DNA of 64,000 bases, taken from an uncultured virus (IMG/VR IMGVR_UViG_3300042673_000188). Its lineage: Duplodnaviria; Heunggongvirae; Uroviricota; Caudoviricetes. The first letter of the stretch is position 1. Every line of letters starts with the position of its first letter. The stretch lies in the IMG/VR virus record IMGVR_UViG_3300042673_000188. One strand, given 5' to 3'. The notes under the pieces are model-generated. The model saw only the letters and a program-made list of their open reading frames with translations. It was not told where the DNA came from and searched no databases. Of this stretch, positions 28,346-38,025 are shown one piece after another. The translations under genes and the position numbers were made by a program.

Positions 28346-29848
28346 ATGGCACTTCCTATTCAACCAACTAATACTCAAGCAGGATGTAATCCTGTTTCAA
28401 GTAACTGCGTAATCTGGCAGGGACCGGATATTCCATGCATTACATTATGCAGAGGAGATAGTATTTCTGATGTTACTTATAAGGTAGCAATAGAGATATG
28501 CACATTAGCTGAGCAACTAAGTCTTACCAATCCTGGTTTTGACTTAACGTGTTTCTCACCTATTTGTCCAAAGCCTGAGAATATTCATGATCTTATTCAG
28601 TTTATCTTAGATCAACTTTGTGCACTTACAACAGGAACATCCACTACTACAGGTACAAGTAAATCTTTAGTTCCTGGAGAAGTTCCTGTAACCAATTGTC
28701 AAGAATCAATGAGCTGTTTAGTTCCAATTGCTTCTTGTTTTCAATATACTGATGGATTTGGTAATCTTGTTGTAGAAATGTCTATTGCAGATTATGCTGC
28801 AGCAATTGGATCAAGAGTTTGCTCTATTGCAAGCAGCTTAACGGCCCTAACAAATACAGTAACAGATATCAATGATAGATTGATAATAATTGAAGCTTGT
28901 GATCCTTGTAATCCCGTATACCCCCCTATTACAATTCCTACTAGTTGTTTAACTGCTGGAACTAATATTGATATTAGTGATTTTGTAGAGAACCTTGAGA
29001 CTACATTCTGTGCTCTTCAAAACTCTACAGGTACACCTTCTCAGATTTATTCAGCCATTTCACAAGAGTGTATAAACTTAGATACATCACCTTCCCTAAC
29101 TAACACATCCGTTAACATGGGTAGTTTGCCAGGATGGGTATTGGCAGGTAGTTATAACACTATGGCAGATGCAATCAACAATATGTGGATTACTATTTGT
29201 GATATGCGTAATGCAGTATACAATGTAGTTACTACATGCTGCACACCAAGCTGCGATGATGTTGATGTAACTATGACAGCATCTTACACATCACCAAGTA
29301 TCCTTGTTGATCTAACTGGTTCTATTGGATCATTTACAGATTGCTATGCAGCAGGTTGTTACATAACAATAACCGATGCATATGGTAATGCCTATACTAC
29401 ACAAATTAATGTTGCATCTAATATTAATGGAGCACCTGTTCCAATTAATATAACCGCAACATCTTTAAATGCTTATACTGACTATACCGTAAGTCTTAAC
29501 TTATGTATGGATGATACAATAGCTGGTTTAAAGTGTAGCCAATCTTTAAATTATTCAATTGTGAATAGTGCACTTTGTCCATCTGTAACTTACTCTGCAG
29601 ACGTTACTTATATTGATTATGTGTTTGCTAATCCATTATCAAGTCCTGTTACGTACATGCTTGAGTGTTGGAATTCAGCTCAAACTGCAATTGTAACCAC
29701 AGTATCTTCTATAAATCCTGCAGTAGGTCCTGTACTTGGACAAATAACAGGTCTTGTAGCAGCTACTAATTATCAAATTCGCATGAGAGTAATTATTGGA
29801 TCAACAATTACAGATTGTCCATTTACCTCAGTAACTACTAAACCCTAA
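28346..29848 (+). CDS. Cys-rich structural protein with C-terminal FN3-like domains
   Basis: 'SSNCVIWQGPDIPC', short coiled coils, and the FN3 signature 'ITGLVAATNYQIRMR'. Confidence 0.7.
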   Translation: MALPIQPTNTQAGCNPVSSNCVIWQGPDIPCITLCRGDSISDVTYKVAIEICTLAEQLSLTNPGFDLTCFSPICPKPENIHDLIQFILDQLCALTTGTSTTTGTSKSLVPGEVPVTNCQESMSCLVPIASCFQYTDGFGNLVVEMSIADYAAAIGSRVCSIASSLTALTNTVTDINDRLIIIEACDPCNPVYPPITIPTSCLTAGTNIDISDFVENLETTFCALQNSTGTPSQIYSAISQECINLDTSPSLTNTSVNMGSLPGWVLAGSYNTMADAINNMWITICDMRNAVYNVVTTCCTPSCDDVDVTMTASYTSPSILVDLTGSIGSFTDCYAAGCYITITDAYGNAYTTQINVASNINGAPVPINITATSLNAYTDYTVSLNLCMDDTIAGLKCSQSLNYSIVNSALCPSVTYSADVTYIDYVFANPLSSPVTYMLECWNSAQTAIVTTVSSINPAVGPVLGQITGLVAATNYQIRMRVIIGSTITDCPFTSVTTKP

Positions 29849-29853
29849 CTAAA

Positions 29854-30399
29854 ATGGCTTGTTCAACTTGTCAATCTACAAATACATCATGCGGTTGTAA
29901 GGATCTCCCCCTTACAACTGCACCTGTATATACATGTCCTCCTGATATTAAATGCCCGGATCCAACTCCGTGCTATGAGACTATCCAAGACACTTGTGTA
30001 AAACATGGTAACTATAGCATCATTAACTTTGGAGAATTATTAGCAGGTGGTGACTCTTACCCAGCATTACCTGCAGGAGCTTCACTAGAAAATGCTTACC
30101 AAGCAATGTCAGCACAAAGTGTTGATCCTAACTGTCTTCCTCCAATCAATATACATCCTAGTTATGTAGGTACAACAGCTATCATACTTAATTGGGAAGA
30201 TACAGGAGCAGAAAGTTATACTGTAGATTATGGAACTGTAGAAGGGGTATATACAACCTCACCTACTTTAACAACTCCTACTTTTACACTTACTCTTTTA
30301 AACTCTAATACTAACTATTATTTTAGAGTGAGAACAGATTGTGATGGCGATACTTCTATTAGTGCGCTTATTATGATAAAGACATTACCTGTATTATAG
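29854..30399 (+). CDS. Cys-rich protein with FN3 domain
   Basis: 'AIILNW...YTVDY...LNSNTNYYFRVRTDC' is FN3. The N-terminus is Cys-rich. Confidence 0.75.
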   Translation: MACSTCQSTNTSCGCKDLPLTTAPVYTCPPDIKCPDPTPCYETIQDTCVKHGNYSIINFGELLAGGDSYPALPAGASLENAYQAMSAQSVDPNCLPPINIHPSYVGTTAIILNWEDTGAESYTVDYGTVEGVYTTSPTLTTPTFTLTLLNSNTNYYFRVRTDCDGDTSISALIMIKTLPVL

Positions 30400-30431
30400 T
30401 CTACGTTTGTTGGTTTATTCGTGACTAAACC

Positions 30432-30464
30432 AGGGGGCCCTCAAGTACAACTTGGGGGCTTTCT
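30432..30464 (+). terminator. hairpin / probable terminator
   Basis: AGGGGGCCCTCAAG-TACAA-CTTGGGGGCTTTCT forms a 14-bp stem with G-U pairs and a weak U-tail. Confidence 0.55.
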
Positions 30465-30537
30465 ACTACTTGTCTAGTAATCAATTATGTATTATCTTTC
30501 AAACCTGAAAGAAATTTTGTAAATTGTAGTATACGTT

Positions 30538-31119
30538 ATGAGTAATAACCAAAGACCTGATATAAAAGGACCTAGATTTAGGAAGAATGTTATAACTACT
30601 TTGAACATAGACATGTTTAAAGAATTCATTAACAAGTTCCCTAAATACAAAGACCTTGAGTACAAGGAGTTTAAAGAAATTATAATGCATCATTCTGAAG
30701 AGATCTGGAAAACTGTTATTACTACCCGAGATGGTATTAAGCTTCCGGAGCATTTGGGAATGTTATTTGGCGCTACTTGCATCAATGATGGTAATAACTA
30801 TAAGACTTATTATAGTTATCATAATGATGATGGAGCTGTAGCAAGAAAGAATTGGGAGTCAGATGGGGCATTGGCTAAAATATTTTATACCAACTATACG
30901 CAGAAGGGTACAATGAAAGACTATTCTATGTGGGGGTTTACTCCAATTAGACAGTTTAAGAGAACCTTTTCTGCTGAGTTTAAGAATAACTGGAAGACCT
31001 ATGTAACCATAGGCAGACGCGATAATGTATCAGCTTTAATATCAAATAGAACAAAGCCTTTTGTTTTCTCTGAGCTTAAAGAACAAGATATTTCAACATA
31101 TAATGAATTTGAATTTTAA
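30538..31119 (+). CDS. second IHF/HU-like protein (crAss tail module)
   Basis: 'EIWKTVITTRDGIKLPEHLGMLF' is an IHF-like strand-turn-strand. An IHF-like gene preceding tail tubular genes is typical of crAss-like phages. Confidence 0.6.
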   Translation: MSNNQRPDIKGPRFRKNVITTLNIDMFKEFINKFPKYKDLEYKEFKEIIMHHSEEIWKTVITTRDGIKLPEHLGMLFGATCINDGNNYKTYYSYHNDDGAVARKNWESDGALAKIFYTNYTQKGTMKDYSMWGFTPIRQFKRTFSAEFKNNWKTYVTIGRRDNVSALISNRTKPFVFSELKEQDISTYNEFEF

Positions 31120-31121
31120 CT

Positions 31122-31796
31122 ATGACTACAGTAGGAGAAAGCATATCAAGGGTCCGCTCATTAATAAAAGGTCTTACTCAAGATGCTTTTATTACTGATA
31201 GACTCTTATTCAGTCTTATAACAAAGGCTGCAAAATTTTATCTTAAGCGACAAGATTCACTGAATCAACTGCTTAAGTATAACAGTATATTTAAAACTTT
31301 GCCTTGCGTCGAGCTTATTGAGATAGACAAGGTTGAGGCATGCTGCGATGTTCAGTCCGGAGTAATAATAAAACGCACTAGAGAAAAGTTACCTAACCTT
31401 ATGGAAGGTACCTATGGCCCATTGCTTAGGAGTGTGACTTCTGTTGACGGGTCATTCTTTGTATATAAAACAGACCCTGCTCAATATACAGCAATGACTA
31501 AGACTACCAAATTTAGATACAATAAGACTAAGTATTTTTGGTACCTCAATGGTTATTTGTATTTTCCTAATGTAGATTGGGATGCTGCAAAGGTTGAAGG
31601 TATATTTGAAGATGATGTTACTTTATTTACTTGTGATGCAAATTCAGAATGTTCTATAAGACAAGATCAACAACTAGCATTACCTGAATATCTATTTATG
31701 GAGATTGAGCAGCAGGTTGTATCAGGATTCTTTACAACAGCTCAAATGCCAGCGGACAGTGCTCAAGATGACAAACAAAACATTATCAGAACATGA
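31122..31796 (+). CDS. tail ring-like structural protein
   Basis: 'LPCVELIEID...C', 'YLYFPN', 'VEGIFED', located in the tail operon. Confidence 0.6.
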   Translation: MTTVGESISRVRSLIKGLTQDAFITDRLLFSLITKAAKFYLKRQDSLNQLLKYNSIFKTLPCVELIEIDKVEACCDVQSGVIIKRTREKLPNLMEGTYGPLLRSVTSVDGSFFVYKTDPAQYTAMTKTTKFRYNKTKYFWYLNGYLYFPNVDWDAAKVEGIFEDDVTLFTCDANSECSIRQDQQLALPEYLFMEIEQQVVSGFFTTAQMPADSAQDDKQNIIRT

Positions 31797-32695
31797 ACTA
31801 TAACTACACTCTTAAATATAGGACTTTTGAGCAACTTTTGGAAGATGTCCGAGTGGATCTTCCAACTGCGTCATTGGAGAACAAAATTGAGCCTGCTACG
31901 CTTGTCAAAATTGCAATTAAAGCTAACTATGATTTAGGTCTACGTATATATCACACTAAAGAAAAAGTTTTAGAAGTTGTTAAAGGAAAGGTTAGACTTC
32001 CTGATGACTTCTTTGTAATGAACTTTGCTCTTATTTGTGGTGAGTATACGAGTACTATTGTAAATCCTCAAGGTACTCAGATTCAACAAGTAGTTCCTGA
32101 ATATAGAGATTGGGTTGAAGGTAACTTGTGTTCTCAAGTAAACACTACAAATACACCAGTATGCCTAACAAAATGTGGAAATGATTACCAGCTTATTCAA
32201 GTTGTCAATACAACTACACGTCATTACAAATCTATGTTTCCTATTAGGTTTAAAAATTCTCAGTTTATTGACTGTGATTGCCCTAATCTCCAGATGTACT
32301 CTTCTGATGACGCCTACATAAAAGATAATTTTATTTGGACAAGCTTCCAAGAGGGTAACATCTATATCAACTATCAAGGAAATATGGAGAATGAGGATGG
32401 AGAGTTAATGGTACCAGATCACCCTTTTTTAAATGAGTACTACGAGTATGCCCTTAAAAAGAAAATCTATGAGACATTACTTCTTATGGGAGAAAATGTG
32501 ACAGTTCAGTATCAACTAATTGCTACTGAATTTAGAGCTGCGCGTAATAATGCACTATCGGTAGTTAATACTCCTAACTTCTCTGAGATGCAGAAAGTTT
32601 GGGCTATGAATCGTAAGGCTATGTATGGTAAATACTATGACATGTTCAAGTCATATTTTTATCCGATTGACTATAATATTAATAATGCAGTTTAA
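31793..32695 (+). CDS. tail tubular protein (P22 gp4-like)
   Basis: 'KVRLPDDF', 'IWTSFQEGNIYINY...DGELMVPD...EYYEYALK'; immediately precedes the stabilisation protein. Confidence 0.7.
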   Translation: MNYNYTLKYRTFEQLLEDVRVDLPTASLENKIEPATLVKIAIKANYDLGLRIYHTKEKVLEVVKGKVRLPDDFFVMNFALICGEYTSTIVNPQGTQIQQVVPEYRDWVEGNLCSQVNTTNTPVCLTKCGNDYQLIQVVNTTTRHYKSMFPIRFKNSQFIDCDCPNLQMYSSDDAYIKDNFIWTSFQEGNIYINYQGNMENEDGELMVPDHPFLNEYYEYALKKKIYETLLLMGENVTVQYQLIATEFRAARNNALSVVNTPNFSEMQKVWAMNRKAMYGKYYDMFKSYFYPIDYNINNAV

Positions 32696-32697
32696 GT

Positions 32698-35600
32698 ATG
32701 GCAAAGAAAGAAGGCCCTTCAAATGCAGGATCAGAAGTTAATACAAGTACATTTAATAAAGGTCTTACTAAAGACTATGATGAAGTGTTCTTTCCCGAAG
32801 GGGCGTGGTCACATGCGCGTAATGCTGTAAACAATACAAATGAGGGACAGTTAGGTACCTTGAGTACTGAGCAGGCTACCTTGTTATGTGCTTCTGCTCC
32901 TTATACTGTTATTGGTGCTGTATATATGCACGATACCACTTGGGGTATTTTCTCTACAGATAATATTCATTCTGAGGTTGGTCTTTTTGATACTGCAAAA
33001 TGTGGAGATACTGATGCTTATATAAAAGTTGTTAATGATGATTGCTTAAGTTTTAGTCAAAGTAATCTTATTACTGGAGCTGCTAAACTTAATTTTGATT
33101 GCAGCTGGCAATTATACTGGGCAGACGGATTAAATCCTGATAGATCTTTAAATGTAGATAATGTTCCGTATATCCAAAACTGTACTACTATTGATAGTTG
33201 TATTATATGCACACCTACAAATCAATTAGACTGTGATGCAATAAGACTTATATCACATGCGCATTCACCTTGTATGTCAATGGATATTGGAACAACTGGA
33301 GGGACATTACTTAATGGATCTTACTTTGTTGTAATCGCATATACTATAAATGGAGTAAAGGCTACTGATTATTTTTCTCCAAGTAATGTTGTTGCTGTAT
33401 TTAATCACGATAACTTACAAGGATCTTTAGATATTACCTTTAGTAACTTAGATCAAGATAACTATGATGAGTTTGAACTTGTTGTAGTTAGGATGGTGGC
33501 TGCTAATAGTTCAGCTAAAAGATTTGGTACTTATAGTACTCGTACAAAATATGTGTCAATAGATAATTTAGAGGAGTCTTTACCCTCTATACCATTGGCC
33601 CTAATACCATATAGAAACTTTCCTTATGAGAAATCAGATACAATGGCAGCAAGCTCTGAGTATTTATTTAGAATTGCACCTACAGGAAGATTTGATTTCA
33701 ACTATCAACCTTTAGCAAATCAGATTTCAACACAGTGGGTAATGACCGAGTACCCACATACCTACTATGAAAAAGCAGGAACCAATGTTGGATATATGCG
33801 TGATGAGCAATATGCTTTTTGGATTAGGTGGGTGTATGATACGGGCGAGACAAGTTCATCTTATCATATACCGGGTCGCGCGCGTAAGCCTTTTATAGAA
33901 TATAATATTGCAACAGGACAAGACTTTGTTGTAAATAATATTGATGCTATTGAAGCTGGGGATCCTATGGAGCCCTATATACCTAAAAGATGGGAGGTAT
34001 ATAATACAGCAACCTTTACACCAACTAACTATACACTACCTGATGGAGGTGTAGTAATTGCTCAAGGTGATATGGGTTACTGGGAATCATCTGAGATTTA
34101 TCCAGATAATAAACCCAATATCTGGAATGCTACATATACAGATCCTGATACAGGAGTAAACATTGGTGGAACTACTAATAGTTTTGATTATGATCTTTGT
34201 GGTAAGCCGATACGACACCATAAGATGCCAGCCGATTTACTTAACACATTTAACGGACCAGCTAACGGTGTGATAAATGATAGCTACACACATGTTAGAA
34301 CTGACTCATTAGGTAAAGCTCAATATATAAGATTGCTAGGTGTTACTTTTGATAATATAAAACCACCTGTAGATAATTATGGTAACATAATACCTAGTAT
34401 TGTAGGCTATGAAATATTAAGAGGTACTCGTGTAGGTAATAAAACAGTACTTGCAAAAGGTATCATTAATAACATGCGTACTTATAAGTTACAAAATGTT
34501 AGTGATGTAGATGGCTCAAGTGAGCCTACTACAATTGGTTTATTTCAAAACTATCCTTTTAATCCATTATATGTAGATCCTGCTATTGTTAATGACGAAA
34601 CTAATGGGGGTGTTAATGATACTAATGAAATTTATTTTTATGGGCCTGGTGTAACTACATCAGCATCTGATATAAAATTTTATAGCCAAAATCTTTTTAC
34701 ATTTCACTCACCAGAAACTAACTTTAGAAATCCTTACTTATCCCCAACAGAACTTAAAATCTATACAGAGATATCTCAAAATTCTGATGAGTTTGGTTAT
34801 AATGTAAGGGGTAAGTTTAGACCTGTTCCTGGACATCCTAGACATAAGTTACTTACTGACTTAGCATTTATTGTAGCATGTTTAACGGGTATCGCTGAAG
34901 CAATTGTTGTTCATATAGCAGGTAAGAAAAAAGAATCTGTAGAAGGCACTGCTTCTTTAAATGCTTATAATAGTGGACTAATTGCAGCATTACAAAGTGG
35001 TACAGTTATACCTTTAAATATCGCAGGTAGCTCTTTTTTAAACTTAGCATCTGCATCAGTAGGAGGTCCTCAGTTAGATAGCCCGATGAATATGGCAGTT
35101 GCCTATTTGGCTTCCGAAGTTGCACAGGTGGCTGGTTATCAGGGAAATAGGTATAAGAAAGAAAATGAAAATACAGATCTGCAATCATTACCTAAATTTT
35201 TACGTATTGCAACAGGGCTTGTATTAACAGCTCAATACTTTAGCCAAGGTATGAATGTGGCTATAGATCTTATTAAAGCTTTAGTTAAATATCGTCAATA
35301 TGCTTGGAGATATTTAAGTCATGGTAACCTACATCATCATTGGACAGGTAACGCTATTTATGGCAATACAAGAAGATACATTGATAAGTCTATGTATTTA
35401 GATCCCAGTGTACAAAACTTCTTTACAGATAACGGAACTTACTATAAAATAAATAATCTAAACAGACATAGGACAGTAGCTCTACATGTTACAGCAGCAG
35501 TAAATAACCCTAATATACTAGACAATACTGCACAAACTATTGGTAGTCATTTTGGTTCTGCTGTTTCTTCATCTGATTGGGATCATGATAATAGCCCTCT

Positions 35601-38025
35601 TCCAGAGTTTGGGACATCAGCATCATGTTTTTATGCCGGTCTTAAAGTAAGACTCGTAAATCAATATGGGCAATTAAATGGAGTTAGACAAATACCTATA
35701 CCTTGTAAGATAATAGTTAATAATAATATTCCCCTTACAAATACTAATACTAGATTTACAAGTCCTGTATTATTTGGTGGCGATACTTATGTAGGACGCT
35801 ATACCGAAAAGAATACTTTCTTTTATTTTAGGGACTGGTTGTATAATGTACCTGATGGCACTGAGTTTAACTATGCTAATTATTATATGTTAGGTTTCCC
35901 TAGATATTGGGCTGACTTTACTGAGTTTGAGGTTTCTGGCTTTATATCATCTGTGTTCCAAAATCTTATACATCCTGACGCATGGGAGATACCTAGTAAC
36001 TTACACCACTTAGATAGGGGAGTTGGAGGAAATCCATTTGCTGGAATTACTGAAATTCAAGGTGGTAATGGTATAGAATCACCAGATCTTGCTAATACAT
36101 CATCAACGACAACAACTGAGACAGTTCCCAATCCTGCTTATTGGGACAATGGTGTTTACACAGCCGGAGGATTTCAACCTGGTTGCGATGGTTGTCCCCC
36201 GTACATTACACAAACAACAACAACTACTAGTATTACAGTAGATCAGGCTGCAATTGATGATGCTGCTGATCCCGAAAATATGGGAGGATTTGGCTCTGGT
36301 TTCAATGCTGCAAACTTTGTATTTGGATTAAAAGATGCATATATGTATTTGTTTAATTCAAGTGTTAGAGATTTCTATGTTGAGTCTGAGATTAATCTAG
36401 CATGCCGCGACTGGGATAATGAACCAGCCCGCAGACATTACGATGAGTATACATATACAGACTTAGCTCAAATGTTTGATACACAGATTATCAAGTTTGG
36501 TAATTACTATAAGTATGATTATTCATTAGGAGTAAGTTATCTAATGTCTAATTTCAACTCATGGGGTCAAATGCAATTTCCGTATTATAATCCAGCAGTA
36601 TCAGCATCATGTTTTACATATATGCCTAATAGGATTATATACTCATTGCCATTTAAAAATGATGCTCCAAAAGATACTTGGAATATTTTCTTAGCAATGA
36701 ACTATGTAGATTACGCTAACAGACCTTTGATGATTAAGCCTGTTAACAAAACAGGATTTGCTGTGTTATTTAAAGATGCTAGTCCATTGCTTTATGCTGG
36801 TCAGGATGTTCTTCAAACAGAGCTTAATACTAAAATTATATTAGGTGATGGAGGTCTGTTCTCTACAGATCCTCAAAGTATATCTAATACAGAGAATGCA
36901 TTCCAATATGGAGCTTGTCAAAATAAATGGTCAGTAACTACAACACCATTTGGATTATATTGGATGAGTCAGAGCCAAGGAAAAGTCTTTGCATACGGTG
37001 AGGGCTTAGAGGAAATATCAAATGCTGGACTGAAATGGTGGTTTGCTTATTACTTACCTTACCGTCTATTACAAGACTTCCCTACATTTGCTTTAACAGA
37101 TAATCCAGTAATAGGTATCGGCTGTCAAACAATATTTGATAACCAAGACCAAGTTGTATATTTCTGTAAGAAGGATTATAAGTTACGTGAAGATGCACCT
37201 AATCCTATAACCTATATAAGTGACAATATATTCTACCCCATTATAAATGGAAAACCTGTACGTACTAATATCTATCTAGGTGATCCTTTGTATTTTGAAG
37301 ATGCCTCTTGGACTGTAAGCTATGACCCTAAACAAAAGTATTGGGTATCATTCCACGACTGGCATCCTGATTTAACTATGTCAGCACCTATTGACTTTTA
37401 TAGTACTAAAGGTAAAGATATTTGGAGACATAACTATCGCTGGGATTTATATTGTAACTTCTATGGTCTAGACTACTCATTTGAAGTAGAGTATATAGCT
37501 CAAACAGGACAGATAGTAAATACCACAAGAAGCCTTGAATATATGCTAGAGTGTTATAAAGTAGCAGCTAATGGTATTGACCAATTTCATATACTAGATG
37601 GAAACTTTGATCAGGCTGTTGTATTTAATACGGAGCAGGTATCTGGATTATTAAACCTATTTATTAAGCCTAAGAATAATCCATTTGCAATGATTAGCTA
37701 TCCTATTATTAACTTTAATAGTATAGATATCATATTCTCTAAAGAGGAGAACAAATATAGATTCAACCAATTCTGGGATATTACTAATGATCGTGGTGAG
37801 TATCAAGTGGGTGGAGTACTTGTACAACAACCTATTTGGGATACTCAAGAAAATGGCTACATTAGAACCTTGAATGCTAATAATATGAATTATCAAAAGC
37901 CTCCTTTACAGAGGAAGAAATTCCGTCACTACTCTAATCACGTATTGTTGATTAAGCAGGCACCAAGGGAAATGTTGATGACTCTTAAAATTACAAACAA
38001 TAAACTTCTTTACTCACCTAGATAA
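32698..38025 (+). CDS. tail stabilisation / nozzle protein (P22 gp10-like)
   Basis: 1775 aa. N-terminal 'FNKGLTKD..E...WSHARN', 'YWADGLNPDR', 'GYMRDEQYAF', 'GGDTYV', and C-terminal 'WTVSYDP...WVSFHDWHP'. Confidence 0.8.
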   Translation: MAKKEGPSNAGSEVNTSTFNKGLTKDYDEVFFPEGAWSHARNAVNNTNEGQLGTLSTEQATLLCASAPYTVIGAVYMHDTTWGIFSTDNIHSEVGLFDTAKCGDTDAYIKVVNDDCLSFSQSNLITGAAKLNFDCSWQLYWADGLNPDRSLNVDNVPYIQNCTTIDSCIICTPTNQLDCDAIRLISHAHSPCMSMDIGTTGGTLLNGSYFVVIAYTINGVKATDYFSPSNVVAVFNHDNLQGSLDITFSNLDQDNYDEFELVVVRMVAANSSAKRFGTYSTRTKYVSIDNLEESLPSIPLALIPYRNFPYEKSDTMAASSEYLFRIAPTGRFDFNYQPLANQISTQWVMTEYPHTYYEKAGTNVGYMRDEQYAFWIRWVYDTGETSSSYHIPGRARKPFIEYNIATGQDFVVNNIDAIEAGDPMEPYIPKRWEVYNTATFTPTNYTLPDGGVVIAQGDMGYWESSEIYPDNKPNIWNATYTDPDTGVNIGGTTNSFDYDLCGKPIRHHKMPADLLNTFNGPANGVINDSYTHVRTDSLGKAQYIRLLGVTFDNIKPPVDNYGNIIPSIVGYEILRGTRVGNKTVLAKGIINNMRTYKLQNVSDVDGSSEPTTIGLFQNYPFNPLYVDPAIVNDETNGGVNDTNEIYFYGPGVTTSASDIKFYSQNLFTFHSPETNFRNPYLSPTELKIYTEISQNSDEFGYNVRGKFRPVPGHPRHKLLTDLAFIVACLTGIAEAIVVHIAGKKKESVEGTASLNAYNSGLIAALQSGTVIPLNIAGSSFLNLASASVGGPQLDSPMNMAVAYLASEVAQVAGYQGNRYKKENENTDLQSLPKFLRIATGLVLTAQYFSQGMNVAIDLIKALVKYRQYAWRYLSHGNLHHHWTGNAIYGNTRRYIDKSMYLDPSVQNFFTDNGTYYKINNLNRHRTVALHVTAAVNNPNILDNTAQTIGSHFGSAVSSSDWDHDNSPLPEFGTSASCFYAGLKVRLVNQYGQLNGVRQIPIPCKIIVNNNIPLTNTNTRFTSPVLFGGDTYVGRYTEKNTFFYFRDWLYNVPDGTEFNYANYYMLGFPRYWADFTEFEVSGFISSVFQNLIHPDAWEIPSNLHHLDRGVGGNPFAGITEIQGGNGIESPDLANTSSTTTTETVPNPAYWDNGVYTAGGFQPGCDGCPPYITQTTTTTSITVDQAAIDDAADPENMGGFGSGFNAANFVFGLKDAYMYLFNSSVRDFYVESEINLACRDWDNEPARRHYDEYTYTDLAQMFDTQIIKFGNYYKYDYSLGVSYLMSNFNSWGQMQFPYYNPAVSASCFTYMPNRIIYSLPFKNDAPKDTWNIFLAMNYVDYANRPLMIKPVNKTGFAVLFKDASPLLYAGQDVLQTELNTKIILGDGGLFSTDPQSISNTENAFQYGACQNKWSVTTTPFGLYWMSQSQGKVFAYGEGLEEISNAGLKWWFAYYLPYRLLQDFPTFALTDNPVIGIGCQTIFDNQDQVVYFCKKDYKLREDAPNPITYISDNIFYPIINGKPVRTNIYLGDPLYFEDASWTVSYDPKQKYWVSFHDWHPDLTMSAPIDFYSTKGKDIWRHNYRWDLYCNFYGLDYSFEVEYIAQTGQIVNTTRSLEYMLECYKVAANGIDQFHILDGNFDQAVVFNTEQVSGLLNLFIKPKNNPFAMISYPIINFNSIDIIFSKEENKYRFNQFWDITNDRGEYQVGGVLVQQPIWDTQENGYIRTLNANNMNYQKPPLQRKKFRHYSNHVLLIKQAPREMLMTLKITNNKLLYSPR

